DNA of 25,329 nt from a bacterium (GCA_044869275.1 JBIOXB010000255.1:1-25329), one strand, 5' to 3'; counted from the stretch's first letter, positions 1-9,249 are shown. A program made the numbers and translations. Notes: generated by a model from the letters alone, not told the origin.

Positions 1-84
1 TTGCACCAACAGCAACTTATGGCCACGCAAATGCTCATTTTTCACGGTGGCAACGACGTCGCCCACCACACGGCAAATCAGCAT
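1..84 (-). CDS. EutN/CcmL family bacterial microcompartment vertex (BMC-P) protein, 5' part only (runs off window edge)
   Basis: Manual translation of the minus strand from ATG at 84 gives MLICRVVGDVVATVKNEHLRGHKLLLVQ. This matches the EutN/CcmL N-terminal pattern M-x-x-x-(R/K)-V-x-G-x-V-V-(S/A)-T-x-K-x3-L-x-G-x-K-L-L-(L/V)-V. Not in the ORF track. Confidence 0.88.
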   Translation of the reverse strand, partial: MLICRVVGDVVATVKNEHLRGHKLLLVQ

Positions 85-137
85 AAAGACACCGTCGCGA
101 GGGAGAAATATGTTCACAAATCGGAAAATTGTGAAGG

Positions 138-166
138 AAAGTAAACAGAAATGGCGGGAAAAGCAA
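138..166 (-). promoter_or_regulatory. Putative sigma70-type promoter for the EutN/CcmL gene
   Basis: Minus strand TTGCTT (166-161), 17-bp spacer, TACTTT (143-138), about 50 bp upstream of the ATG at 84. Confidence 0.45.
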
Positions 167-303
167 ATTCAAAAACGGGAAGTGGAAACCGGCAGAACGC
201 CAGGCCGAATGATGCGAAGAGCAGGAAGCGAAGCCGCCTGGCTCCGTGCAAGCGTCACAGCGCAGCACTTTGCCGGGAGGGCGAGCGCAAACGAATTGCC
301 GGG

Positions 304-1602
304 CTAATATCCAAAGACATAAGTCTGTCGCAGCGTTACATCTCCGAGGGAAGAATCTACCTTTCCGAAATCCTTCCAGCGCGCGATCTTGGTCAAAATG
401 CAATGCTCCAATTCCGGCAAGTCAATGGTCGAAGCAATGATGCCCACTTCCTTGACATAACCCTGAGGCGAAATCTTGAGGCGTACCTCCACCTTGCCTT
501 TGAGCTGGGCATTATTCTTGAGCTGGGCGCGATAGCAATCTTGAATCGCGGGATTGTGCGCCAGGACAATTTCCTTGAGCACCTTCGGTTCGCGCGAGGC
601 TTGCTCGATCTCCGCGCGTGCGCGCAAGCCATCGAGGCCTGCCGTCACATTCCGTGCCCTGCCGTCGATCAAGCGCGGCACTTCTGCGACTTTTTCGAAA
701 TTGCGATGCGCGGCGACTCTTTTCTCCGGCGCTGCCGCCAAAGCACCCACCAAATCTTCGGCGCTCACGCCCGCTTCCGTTTCACGCTGGCCTCGCACCT
801 GGCGCTGTGCCAGCATGATTTTTTCCGGCTGAATGTCGCCGCCCAGTGAAGAGCCGATGACCGATCCGAAATAATCAGTGCCGGCGCGCGGCACCTTCAA
901 GATGCGCACTTCAGATAATTTTTTCTCCAGATCTACGGCGTTCACCTCTGCAAAATTCAGAATCTGTTCCACCGGCTCTGTGTTAATGAGGCCGGTGCCG
1001 CCGCCCGTGATGATACCCAAAACGCCGACGCGACCCACTTGTTCAGACAAGGCCTCGCGTGCGCGGCCCCGCGAGGTCGTGCTCGAGAGCCGGCGTGCTT
1101 CTCTGGCTTCGCGCGTCCCAGTGCGCGTCTCACGCGTGCCTTCACCAGGTGCCGGCACAGAGAAAGCAGGTGCTGTGCCAAAAGCTTCGCCTGCCAGGTT
1201 TTCGGCATATTCCTTCGCAAACACCAAAAGCTCGTTTTTGGGCCTGTCCGGCGCGGGTGTTTCCACCACAAAATCCTGCAAGAATAGCTCGACATACTTG
1301 CTTTGCAGCTTGGCGACGTATTTTTCGTTCGTGCTTGGCGGGTGGTTCAGGATCAAGTAAATGATGAGCGCAGGCTCCAGGAGCATAATCACCAGCAATA
1401 CGATGGCAAAGCGCCGGTCCAGCGAGCGCAGGTATTTGCGGTTGAACTCCTTGGGGAAGGGCATGTGCGGTTTCGCCGCGGAAGCATTCCCTTCATCATC
1501 CTCCGGCGGAATACGTTTGCGGTTCTGGTGATGGGCTGCAAGCAATTCTTGAATGCGAGCGCTATCGAACGAATGATCCACGTGCACGGCTCCGACTTCC
1601 AA
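304..1602 (-). CDS. Membrane protein with C-terminal AgmX/PglI (TonB C-terminal-like) domain
   Basis: One TM segment (RRFAIVLLVIMLLEPALIIYLIL), a low-complexity linker containing GVLGII, and a C-terminal IQDCY...LKGKVEVRLKISPQGYV...LEHCILTKIARWKDF...YVF pattern typical of AgmX/PglI-C/TonB_C folds. Start codon uncertain (TTG, no clear RBS; an in-frame stop lies just upstream). Confidence 0.75.
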   Translation of the reverse strand: MEVGAVHVDHSFDSARIQELLAAHHQNRKRIPPEDDEGNASAAKPHMPFPKEFNRKYLRSLDRRFAIVLLVIMLLEPALIIYLILNHPPSTNEKYVAKLQSKYVELFLQDFVVETPAPDRPKNELLVFAKEYAENLAGEAFGTAPAFSVPAPGEGTRETRTGTREAREARRLSSTTSRGRAREALSEQVGRVGVLGIITGGGTGLINTEPVEQILNFAEVNAVDLEKKLSEVRILKVPRAGTDYFGSVIGSSLGGDIQPEKIMLAQRQVRGQRETEAGVSAEDLVGALAAAPEKRVAAHRNFEKVAEVPRLIDGRARNVTAGLDGLRARAEIEQASREPKVLKEIVLAHNPAIQDCYRAQLKNNAQLKGKVEVRLKISPQGYVKEVGIIASTIDLPELEHCILTKIARWKDFGKVDSSLGDVTLRQTYVFGY

Positions 1603-1857
1603 CTTGTTTCAAAAAGTTAAAAGCTCGATGGTCGCGGCGAACTCTGAGCATCCCGCTAGAGTTGCCGGATTGGTAATTGCAAAAGACATTTCTGAAATTA
1701 CGCCTGAAGGCCAAGCCCAGGAATTGCAACGCCCGTGCATGGATTGTCCGAACGCGCAAGAGGTTGAATCCCTAAGCATACAAGGGTTGTGCCATGATTT
1801 CGCATGGTCACAGTCACTCGCAGCGAACGGAGCCTTTCTCGCTTTCGCCAACCCCAT

Positions 1858-3684
1858 TCACATCCTGCGGCTGGGTTCGAGCTTGACCGTGAGCGTTTTC
1901 TTTTCATTGTTGCGCAGAAAGACGACGTCGACTTCCTGGCCCGGCGCAAATTCGCCCAGGGCGTAGGTGTAGTCATAAATGTTCTTGATCTCGAGATGGC
2001 CGAATTTGACGATGATGTCCCCGGCTTGCAGGCCTGCTTTTTCCGCCGGGCCGCCGGGCCGCACGCCACTCAGCTTCAGCCCTTCGACCTCTGCGGCATA
2101 ATCCGGCACCGTGCCCACACTGACCCGGAACGCACTGGCGGTGCGCGGTTGGTCGGATTCAGTCTTAGTAAATAGCGGCACCGAGTCGGAATTGGCGATT
2201 TCTGTAACAATGTCTGCAATGAAATTCAGAATCTCCGTCTCCCCCGCAGCGTTGATTTTATCGGCGTCATCGCTCACCTTGTGATAATCCTGATGCAACC
2301 CGGTAAAGAAAAACAGCACGGGAATGTTTTTCTGATAAAAGGACGAGTGATCGCTGGGCCCCAGGCCGTCTTTTTTCAAACTGAGTTTGAAGGATTTTGC
2401 AGAATTGAAACTTTTCGCCAACACCGGGAAACGCGGCGAGGTACCTACGCCTTGCACCACCAGCGCGCTGTCTTGCAGACGGCCGATCATGTCCATATTG
2501 ATCATGGCCATGGTTTTTTCCAGCGGGAAAGTGGGATGGGCGACATAATGCGCCGAGCCCAACAGCCCCAATTCCTCACCCGAGAAAGCCATGAAAATGA
2601 GGGAGCGTTGCAGTGGCTTTTGCCGCGCGGCAAAGTATTGCGACAGCTCCAGCAAGCCGGCCGTGCCCGAAGCATTGTCGTCGGCACCGTTGTGAATCTG
2701 ATTTTCCAGTTCTGGATCCATCGCACCAGCGCTGCTGCGGCCGAGGTGATCGTAATGCGCGCCCATAACGACCGCCTCGGTTTTCAGCAGGGGATCGCTT
2801 CCTGGCAAAATACCAATCACATTCTCGGCATGGCGGCGAACCTTGTTGACTTCCGTTTGCACCTCGACACGCGCCTCGGCAATCGTGAACGATTGCGGCA
2901 GGCGCGTCGTATTGATGCGGTCTTGCAACGCGAGCAGCGTGTGCCCGCTGTGCTGCAGCACCCAATCCGCCACGTGCGTCGTGATGAAGATCACGGGCAA
3001 GCCGGCATCGCTGGCGGCGCGATCATAACGCAATTTGGGCAGCCCGCCGTGGCCAGCGGCGGAATCGGCCACAATGAACAAAGCTCCGGCACCGTGTTCG
3101 CGCGCCTGCATCGCTTTGAAGCGCAACGGCTCGTAATCTGCAAAACCGCTGTGCGGATCGTTCGACGCGGGAGAATAGCGCAAAACCAGCACCGCCTTGC
3201 CTTTCACCTCGAGTCCCGCATAATCATCATAATTCAGCGTTTTGGCCGAGATGCCATACCCGCCAAACGCGATGCCTTCGGCAAGAACGAGACTGTCCGA
3301 TAGCGAAAAAGCCGCCGGCATGAAATCCACGCCGACCTTCCAGGTCGTGTCCGCCACTCCCCTTTTCATGCGCAGTTGATTGTCGTTCCCCAACACGACG
3401 CCGGCGGTGAAATCAAATCTTTGGAAGAAGGAGACGCCGTCGCCCAGCGGCTTCAAGCCAGAGCGTTTGAATTCCGCGGCAATATACTTTGCCGCGGCCT
3501 CGCCACCCGGCATGCCCGATTCCCGGCCTTCGAGCAGATCGGAAGCGAGATAGTCGACGTGATATTGTACGTCTGCCGCAGCGAGGTCAGGTTGGCTTTG
3601 TTTGTTGAGGGGCATGGGTTCTCTGCAACTGGAAGCAAACAAACCAGCCAGAATCACGAATGAAAACATAAGTCTGTGGAACAT
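1858..3684 (-). CDS. M28 family metallopeptidase lipoprotein with PA domain and C-terminal PDZ domain
   Basis: Lipobox LFASSC; YLASDLLEGR, GAHYDHLG, NGADDNASG, SGEELGLLGS, NMDMIGR, SDHSSF and DYH motifs; PA insert (GYGI...DDYAGLEVKGKAVLVLR); PDZ (GVRPGGPAEKAGLQAGDIIV); RBS AAAGGTGG. Confidence 0.95.
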   Translation of the reverse strand: MFHRLMFSFVILAGLFASSCREPMPLNKQSQPDLAAADVQYHVDYLASDLLEGRESGMPGGEAAAKYIAAEFKRSGLKPLGDGVSFFQRFDFTAGVVLGNDNQLRMKRGVADTTWKVGVDFMPAAFSLSDSLVLAEGIAFGGYGISAKTLNYDDYAGLEVKGKAVLVLRYSPASNDPHSGFADYEPLRFKAMQAREHGAGALFIVADSAAGHGGLPKLRYDRAASDAGLPVIFITTHVADWVLQHSGHTLLALQDRINTTRLPQSFTIAEARVEVQTEVNKVRRHAENVIGILPGSDPLLKTEAVVMGAHYDHLGRSSAGAMDPELENQIHNGADDNASGTAGLLELSQYFAARQKPLQRSLIFMAFSGEELGLLGSAHYVAHPTFPLEKTMAMINMDMIGRLQDSALVVQGVGTSPRFPVLAKSFNSAKSFKLSLKKDGLGPSDHSSFYQKNIPVLFFFTGLHQDYHKVSDDADKINAAGETEILNFIADIVTEIANSDSVPLFTKTESDQPRTASAFRVSVGTVPDYAAEVEGLKLSGVRPGGPAEKAGLQAGDIIVKFGHLEIKNIYDYTYALGEFAPGQEVDVVFLRNNEKKTLTVKLEPSRRM

Positions 3685-3795
3685 GTTCCACCTTTCTAGA
3701 GATTGATAAAGTTAATTCTCTGCAACATTCAATTTCATTCAACGCAGCTACGAATGGCTGCTCCTATTGTTATCAAAACAGTCGGGGATTATCAC

Positions 3796-4350
3796 ATGAA
3801 GATAGAAAAGAAACATACATTTCGTTCACAGCCTCGGGAAGGTCTTTCCTTGAGTGCTGCTAAACGGATGATCATGGATCTTGAATTTTTCGATTCAACT
3901 TGGAATCGTCAAGCGAAAGGTATAACCAGAGATTACGGACGAATACAACGTCATGGACAATGGGTTATTGTTGACCCAGCGACTCACCTCATATGGCAAG
4001 AAGAGGGATCGCCGGCGAAAATCGTTTACGAAGAGGCTATAAAATATGTTGAAGAACTAAATAACAACGGGTTCGCAAATTATAATAACTGGCGCCTGCC
4101 AACGCTCGAAGAAGCAATGTCGCTCTTAAAGCCGGATTTCGAAAGCATAATAACAAACGAGACGGCAATGCATATTGATTCAGTTTTTCATCCTGATCAA
4201 GAAGATATATGGACATCAGACAAATGCTCGCCATCAGAAATTTGGATTGTGCATTTTAAATTGGGAACATGCTCGTTAAATGATGTGCAAGTAGTTAATT
4301 GTGTCAAATCCTTCGTTCGTGCTGTTCGGACTGGAAACAGGATTCCTTGA
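3796..4350 (+). CDS. DUF1566 (Lcl C-terminal / CLec-like) domain protein
   Basis: Motifs VDPATHLIWQ, EEAIKYVEELN-x3-FANYNNWRLPTLEEAMSL, IWTSD, WIVHF, and C-terminal FVRAVR. Probable start is ATG 3796 after GGGGA (the ORF track opens at TTG 3703). Visibly AT-richer than neighbours. Confidence 0.88.
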   Translation: MKIEKKHTFRSQPREGLSLSAAKRMIMDLEFFDSTWNRQAKGITRDYGRIQRHGQWVIVDPATHLIWQEEGSPAKIVYEEAIKYVEELNNNGFANYNNWRLPTLEEAMSLLKPDFESIITNETAMHIDSVFHPDQEDIWTSDKCSPSEIWIVHFKLGTCSLNDVQVVNCVKSFVRAVRTGNRIP

Positions 4351-4376
4351 ACTACTTGCAGACTGATGCAGCAAAC

Positions 4377-5258
4377 TCAATTGTCAGAATTCAGAATAGT
4401 GCTTAACCCTTCTTCATACCCCATCAACTTCGTCTTCAAAATCCTCTGTGCCTCACTGGAATCCAACGACACGTCCTGCGGCCGGGGCGCGGGCATTCTG
4501 ACCTCAAACATCGAAATCGGTTCCAACAAGCTTTCATTAAAACTCATCAAGCGGCATGCGCCTCTCGCCATTTCTTCCCGGCTGCAGCGCTGCGTGCCCG
4601 CAATGTGAAGCACGCCTCTGAAATCCGAATCCGCCAGCTCCAGCACGGCCTCGGCCATGTTGTCGACCAATCCCGGTGTGCGATACTGATCTGAAAAGAC
4701 GCGCACTTTCTCGCCGCGCTGCAAACTCTGCATCATGCTCAGGAAGAAATTGCTTCCCCCGGCAGCGGGAAAGCCGTAGAGCAGCGGCAGGCGCGCCACG
4801 CAGGCTTGGGAGCAGATTTCAAGCACGGTTTTTTCCGCGGACAGTTTATACTCGCCGTAGCGCATCACGGGACGTGGCACCTCGGTTTCCCTGTACCAAC
4901 GGCGCGCGCCGTCGAACACGAGATCCGAAGAAATGTAAACCAAACGGCGTTTTCTCCTGGCACACCAACCTGCGATGGTGCGCGTCGCCTCGACATTCAC
5001 TAGCTGCGCCAGACGCGGATCGCGCTCGCAAGCATCCACTTGCAGAACGGCGGCGTGAATGATGTACCCGGGGTCCGCTGCCTCCAAAATCTCGAGAACT
5101 GCGGGCGCCTCGGCCAGATCCATGTGCACCGCATGAACGCCGGCGGGAATCGTTTTATTGGCATGGTAGGCGCCCATCACCTCCCACTCTTGTTGCGCCT
5201 GCCGGCAAAGATGTCCGCCGAGGAAGCCGCTGGCGCCGGTAATCAAAATCCTTTTCAT
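4377..5258 (-). CDS. Extended SDR oxidoreductase, RmlD (dTDP-4-dehydrorhamnose reductase)/MAT2B-like
   Basis: ILITGASGFLG Rossmann motif, VYISSDLVFDG, YGEYK (YxxxK), DQYRTP, APRPQDVSLD. Start taken at ATG 5258 (MKRILITG). Confidence 0.88.
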   Translation of the reverse strand: MKRILITGASGFLGGHLCRQAQQEWEVMGAYHANKTIPAGVHAVHMDLAEAPAVLEILEAADPGYIIHAAVLQVDACERDPRLAQLVNVEATRTIAGWCARRKRRLVYISSDLVFDGARRWYRETEVPRPVMRYGEYKLSAEKTVLEICSQACVARLPLLYGFPAAGGSNFFLSMMQSLQRGEKVRVFSDQYRTPGLVDNMAEAVLELADSDFRGVLHIAGTQRCSREEMARGACRLMSFNESLLEPISMFEVRMPAPRPQDVSLDSSEAQRILKTKLMGYEEGLSTILNSDN

Positions 5259-5363
5259 CCTGAGTATGACAAGCACGGTAAGGAGATGAAACGGGTGGCG
5301 CGGATACGAATTTCATGAACCTGAATTCTTTTTATCCACTCCCTCCGCTTGCAAATTCTTCGC

Positions 5364-8300
5364 TCATACGTTGAAATATTTCGCTTGCGGATGATGCACG
5401 ATAATTGCTGAGGTTGACTGCTCCGGCACGAGCTGAAATTCCTCCGTCAAAGTCACACCCAGGCGCTCGGGCTGCAGCAACCGAAAGAGCATGGCTTGAT
5501 CTTCGAGATTGGGACAGGCGGGGTAGCCGAAGGAATAGCGCGAGCCGCGATACTCCTGCCGGAACAGCGCGGGAATATCGTGAGCGTCATCTGCCGCGAG
5601 CCCCAGCTCCGCGCGCATCATTTTGTGCCAGTACTCGGCCAGCGCTTCCGCAGTTTCGACGCTCAAGCCATGAAAATAGAGATAGTCCGTGTATTTGTCG
5701 CTCTCAAAGAGCTTCTTGGAAATCTCCGAGGCGCGCCGGCCCACGGTGACGAGCGTCATGCCGATGACGTCGCGTTTGCCGGAGCTCAGGGGCGCGAAGA
5801 AATCGGCAATGCATTGGCAATTGCCTTCTTGCTGGCGCGGAAATGTGAAGCGTGCGATCTCAGTTTTGCCCTCCGCGCCGAACACGATCACGTCATTATT
5901 CTCGCTATTGCAGGGAAAATAGCCGTAGACCAGTTGCGGCTGTAAGCTCGCTTCTGCGATACAGCGTTGCTGCAGTTCGGCGAGCACCGGCTCGAATTTT
6001 TCCTTCACCATCTGTTCATATTCGTGCGGCAGTAGTTTTCCGCGCCGCACTTGCCATTGCCCGCGAAACAGCGCAATGGGATTCACATACGCAAACACCG
6101 TCGCCAGCGGAATGTCGGTGACGAGCTTCGTGCCGAAAAACGGCGGCTGCGGAATTTCCACGGGCTGCCATTTCGGCTGTGCTCCTGCAGCAGCTTGCGC
6201 CATCTTTGGCCCCGGGGGCTGCTGTATCTTCGCTCTCGGATTTGCCCTTGTCGCGCTTCGATTTTCATCTACTTTCACCCCGCCTGGAGCACAAATCTCT
6301 TGCATGAAATGCAGCCCGGCAAAGGCATCTTTGCCATACGCCAGCGGGCCTCGGTAAATGGCGCGCAGATTATCTTCCACGTATTTTCGCGTCAGCGCGG
6401 CACCGCCGAGAATCACGGGAATGCGAATCTCGCGCTCGTTGAGCACTTCCAGATTCTCCTTCATGATCATCGTGGATTTCACCAGCAATCCGCTCATGCC
6501 GATCACTTGCGCGCGGTGCTCCTCCACGGCATGGAGCATTTGCTCGATCGGCACCTTGATGCCGAGATTCACCACTTTGTAGCCGTTATTGGTGAGAATG
6601 ATGTCGACCAGATTTTTGCCAATGTCGTGCACGTCGCCCTTAACCGTGGCCAGGACCATGGTACCTTTGCTCGAGCCTTCCACCCTTTCCATGAACGGTT
6701 CGAGATGTTTGACCGCGGCTTTCATGGTTTCAGCGGACTGCAACACGAACGGCAATTGCATCTGTCCCGTGCCGAAGAGCTCGCCCACAACTTTCATTCC
6801 GTCGAGCAAGATGTCGTTGATGATTTCGAGCGGCGGATATTTTTGCATGGCCTCGGTCAAATCTGCATCCAGGCCCTGCTTGTTGCCGTCGATGATGCGC
6901 TGCTTCAGGCGCTCTTCCACTTCCGCCGGCAGCGCGACTTCAACCTTGGCCTGGTTGCTTTTGTCCGCATAGAACGCAATAATCTCCTGCACTGGATCGG
7001 AAATGCATTTGCCGCTGGCCTCGAATTTGCGCTCGTCAAAAATCAAGCGCCGGTGCAGCTCGAGTTCGGCCTCGCCGATTTTGTGCAAGGGCATGATTTT
7101 GGAAGAATGCACGATCGCCATGTCCAGACCGGCTTGCACGGCATAATACAAAAAAACCGAATTCAACACGTGGCGCGCATGCGGCGCAAGTCCGAATGAA
7201 ACATTGCTCACGCCCAGAATCGTGCGCACGCCGGGCAATTCTGCTTTGAGACGGCGAATGGCCGTAATCGTCTCCAGGCCGCTCTTGCGGAATTCTTCGT
7301 CGCCGCTGCCCAGCGTGAAAGTCAGGCAATCGAAAATCAAATCTTGTGAACGCATGCCGTATTGGTGCACGGCAAGATCGTGAATCCGTTTGGCGATCGC
7401 GACTTTTTCCTCCGCGGTTTTGGCCATGCCTTTTTCGTCGATGGTCAAGGCGATGGTCGCCGCGCCGTATTTTTTGCACAACGGCAAAACGTGCTGCATG
7501 CGCTCTTCGCCGTCTTCGAGATTGATGGAATTGACGAGGGCGCGGCCGGCGACGCGTTGCAGGGCTGCGTCGAGCACTTGCCATTCCGTCGAATCGATCA
7601 CCAACGGCACGGAACTCTGCGTGTTGAGCCGCTCGATCAGCGGAATCATATCCTGCACTTCATCGCGGCCGACGTAGGCGACGCAGACATCGAGCATGTG
7701 GGAGCTTTCGCGCACTTGTTCCTTCGCCATCGCCACCATGGCTTCCCAGTCCTGCTGTGCCAGCAACTCGCGAAACTGTTTGGAGCCGTTGGCGTTCAAG
7801 CGCTCGCCGATCAGAATCGGCGGCGGGTCAAGATGCAGCGGCACGCTGTTATACAAGCTCGCCGCGGAAGGAGTGAAATCGACATATCTTTCTTTGGGCG
7901 CGAGGTGGCCGACGGCTTGCACCAGCATCTTGATGTGGCGCGGCAGCGTGCCACAGCAGCCGCCGACGATTTGTACGCCCAGATCTTTGACAAAATGCGA
8001 GAGGTATTGCGTCAATTCTTCCGGCGTCAATTTATAATGCGCCTGGCCGCCCACGTTTTCGGGCAAACCGGCATTGGGCATGCAAAAAACCGGATAGGGG
8101 CTATTGGCCGCGAGATACCGAATATTCTCCGACATCTCCTTGGGGCCGGTGGCGCAATTCATGCCGATGGCCGCGAGCTCAAATGGTTCGAGCGCCGTGA
8201 GCGCGGCGGAAATGTCGCTACCGAGCAGCATCGTGCCCATGGTTTCAACGGTCACGCTCGCAATGACCGGAACGCGCGTGCGCTTCGCAGCAAAATATTC

Positions 8301-8831
8301 GAAGATCGCGCCCAGCGCCGCTTTGGTTTGCAGCAAATCCTGGCAGGTTTCGACGATGAGCAAATCCACGCCGCCTTCGATCAGGCCGGCAGTTTGTACT
8401 GCAAACGTCGCCTGCATGTCTTGATAAGAAATATTGCCCAGGCTCGGCAATTTCGTCGTCGGCCCCATCGAACCCGCAACAAAGCGCGGATGTGCCGGCG
8501 TGGAAAATTCACGCGCCATCTTGTGCGCAATCTCCGCGGCGCGGCGATTATGTTCATAAGCCCGATCTCCCAAATCATATTCAGCCAGGACAACGGGCGT
8601 AGCGCCGAAGGAATTGGTTTCCACCACGTCGCAGCCGGTTTCGAAAAAACTGGCATGCAGTTTCTCCACCGCCTCCGGCCGCGTGAACACCAGATGCTCG
8701 TTGCAGCCATTCAACGCCTCACCGCCAAAATCATCGGCGTTGAGATTCATATATTGAAAACTGGTGCCGGTCGCCCCGTCGAAGACAAGAATTTTCTCCT
8801 GCAGGCGCCGTTCAAAAAGGGTCTTGTTCAT
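5364..8831 (-). CDS. metH: Cobalamin-dependent methionine synthase
   Basis: Homocysteine-binding domain (FDGATGT, NCATGP, GGCCGT), pterin domain (IGERLNANGSK, VNSINLEDGE), B12 cap and binding domain (QLPFVLQSAETMK, GDVHDIGKN, MSGLL) and activation domain (RYSFGYPACP, PEQSTSA). The true start is most likely ATG 8831 (MNKTLFERRL), not the ORF-track start at 9176. Confidence 0.97.
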   Translation of the reverse strand: MNKTLFERRLQEKILVFDGATGTSFQYMNLNADDFGGEALNGCNEHLVFTRPEAVEKLHASFFETGCDVVETNSFGATPVVLAEYDLGDRAYEHNRRAAEIAHKMAREFSTPAHPRFVAGSMGPTTKLPSLGNISYQDMQATFAVQTAGLIEGGVDLLIVETCQDLLQTKAALGAIFEYFAAKRTRVPVIASVTVETMGTMLLGSDISAALTALEPFELAAIGMNCATGPKEMSENIRYLAANSPYPVFCMPNAGLPENVGGQAHYKLTPEELTQYLSHFVKDLGVQIVGGCCGTLPRHIKMLVQAVGHLAPKERYVDFTPSAASLYNSVPLHLDPPPILIGERLNANGSKQFRELLAQQDWEAMVAMAKEQVRESSHMLDVCVAYVGRDEVQDMIPLIERLNTQSSVPLVIDSTEWQVLDAALQRVAGRALVNSINLEDGEERMQHVLPLCKKYGAATIALTIDEKGMAKTAEEKVAIAKRIHDLAVHQYGMRSQDLIFDCLTFTLGSGDEEFRKSGLETITAIRRLKAELPGVRTILGVSNVSFGLAPHARHVLNSVFLYYAVQAGLDMAIVHSSKIMPLHKIGEAELELHRRLIFDERKFEASGKCISDPVQEIIAFYADKSNQAKVEVALPAEVEERLKQRIIDGNKQGLDADLTEAMQKYPPLEIINDILLDGMKVVGELFGTGQMQLPFVLQSAETMKAAVKHLEPFMERVEGSSKGTMVLATVKGDVHDIGKNLVDIILTNNGYKVVNLGIKVPIEQMLHAVEEHRAQVIGMSGLLVKSTMIMKENLEVLNEREIRIPVILGGAALTRKYVEDNLRAIYRGPLAYGKDAFAGLHFMQEICAPGGVKVDENRSATRANPRAKIQQPPGPKMAQAAAGAQPKWQPVEIPQPPFFGTKLVTDIPLATVFAYVNPIALFRGQWQVRRGKLLPHEYEQMVKEKFEPVLAELQQRCIAEASLQPQLVYGYFPCNSENNDVIVFGAEGKTEIARFTFPRQQEGNCQCIADFFAPLSSGKRDVIGMTLVTVGRRASEISKKLFESDKYTDYLYFHGLSVETAEALAEYWHKMMRAELGLAADDAHDIPALFRQEYRGSRYSFGYPACPNLEDQAMLFRLLQPERLGVTLTEEFQLVPEQSTSAIIVHHPQAKYFNV

Positions 8832-8868
8832 GATATACCCGTGCTTAGTTCGTTGACAGAATGCGCAA

Positions 8869-8896
8869 AATATAGGAAGGGATTGCGGAAAAGCAA
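8869..8896 (-). promoter_or_regulatory. Putative metH promoter
   Basis: Minus strand TTGCTT (8896-8891), 16-bp spacer, TATATT (8874-8869), about 38 bp upstream of ATG 8831. Confidence 0.45.
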
Positions 8897-8963
8897 AGGG
8901 GATTATTCCGCATAAAACCACGGTGACGATCACATCCGAATTGCGGGCGGCCTCAAAATTGCC

Positions 8964-8992
8964 TTGACATCTAACAAATGATTGACTACTAT
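8964..8992 (+). promoter_or_regulatory. Near-consensus sigma70 promoter driving the ECF-CHAT cassette
   Basis: TTGACA (8964-8969), 17-bp spacer, TACTAT (8987-8992); divergent from metH. Confidence 0.7.
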
Positions 8993-9249
8993 TTCCTGCG
9001 CAGATTGGCCTGTTTTCAACAGCCAAATCGTCTGGTTGATCACGGCCCCCTCCTTCTCGCTGAACATCAACTTCAACCATTGCATCCCGCATCGAGAACA
9101 ATCGCCTCCAGGAACGAAGCCATGGCAACGTGATTTTCGCCCGGAGCTGGTTTGTCGTCATCTTTTGGGGTAACATATCACTTTGCAGCCGCTGGCCCAG
9201 GAGCGAGCGCAGCGGGCATGAACGGGCTGTCGCTTAATTCGGGACCGGT

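Noticed and set aside
47..849. + strand ORFs 47..307 and 151..849
   Set aside because: They overlap the BMC-P gene, its promoter or the AgmX-like gene antisense, and carry no recognisable motifs.
6051..8915. Long antisense ORFs 6051..7199 and 7362..8915 (also 2281..3303, 18984..20039, 19981..21246, 21625..23205)
   Set aside because: Shadow frames opposite well-supported GC-rich genes; no motifs of their own.
8832..9000. SAM or cobalamin riboswitch upstream of metH
   Set aside because: No recognisable riboswitch core, and the candidate promoter leaves only a ~30-nt leader.
8832..9176. 115-aa N-terminal extension of MetH in the ORF track
   Set aside because: Not MetH-like and spans two promoter-like elements; homology begins at ATG 8831.
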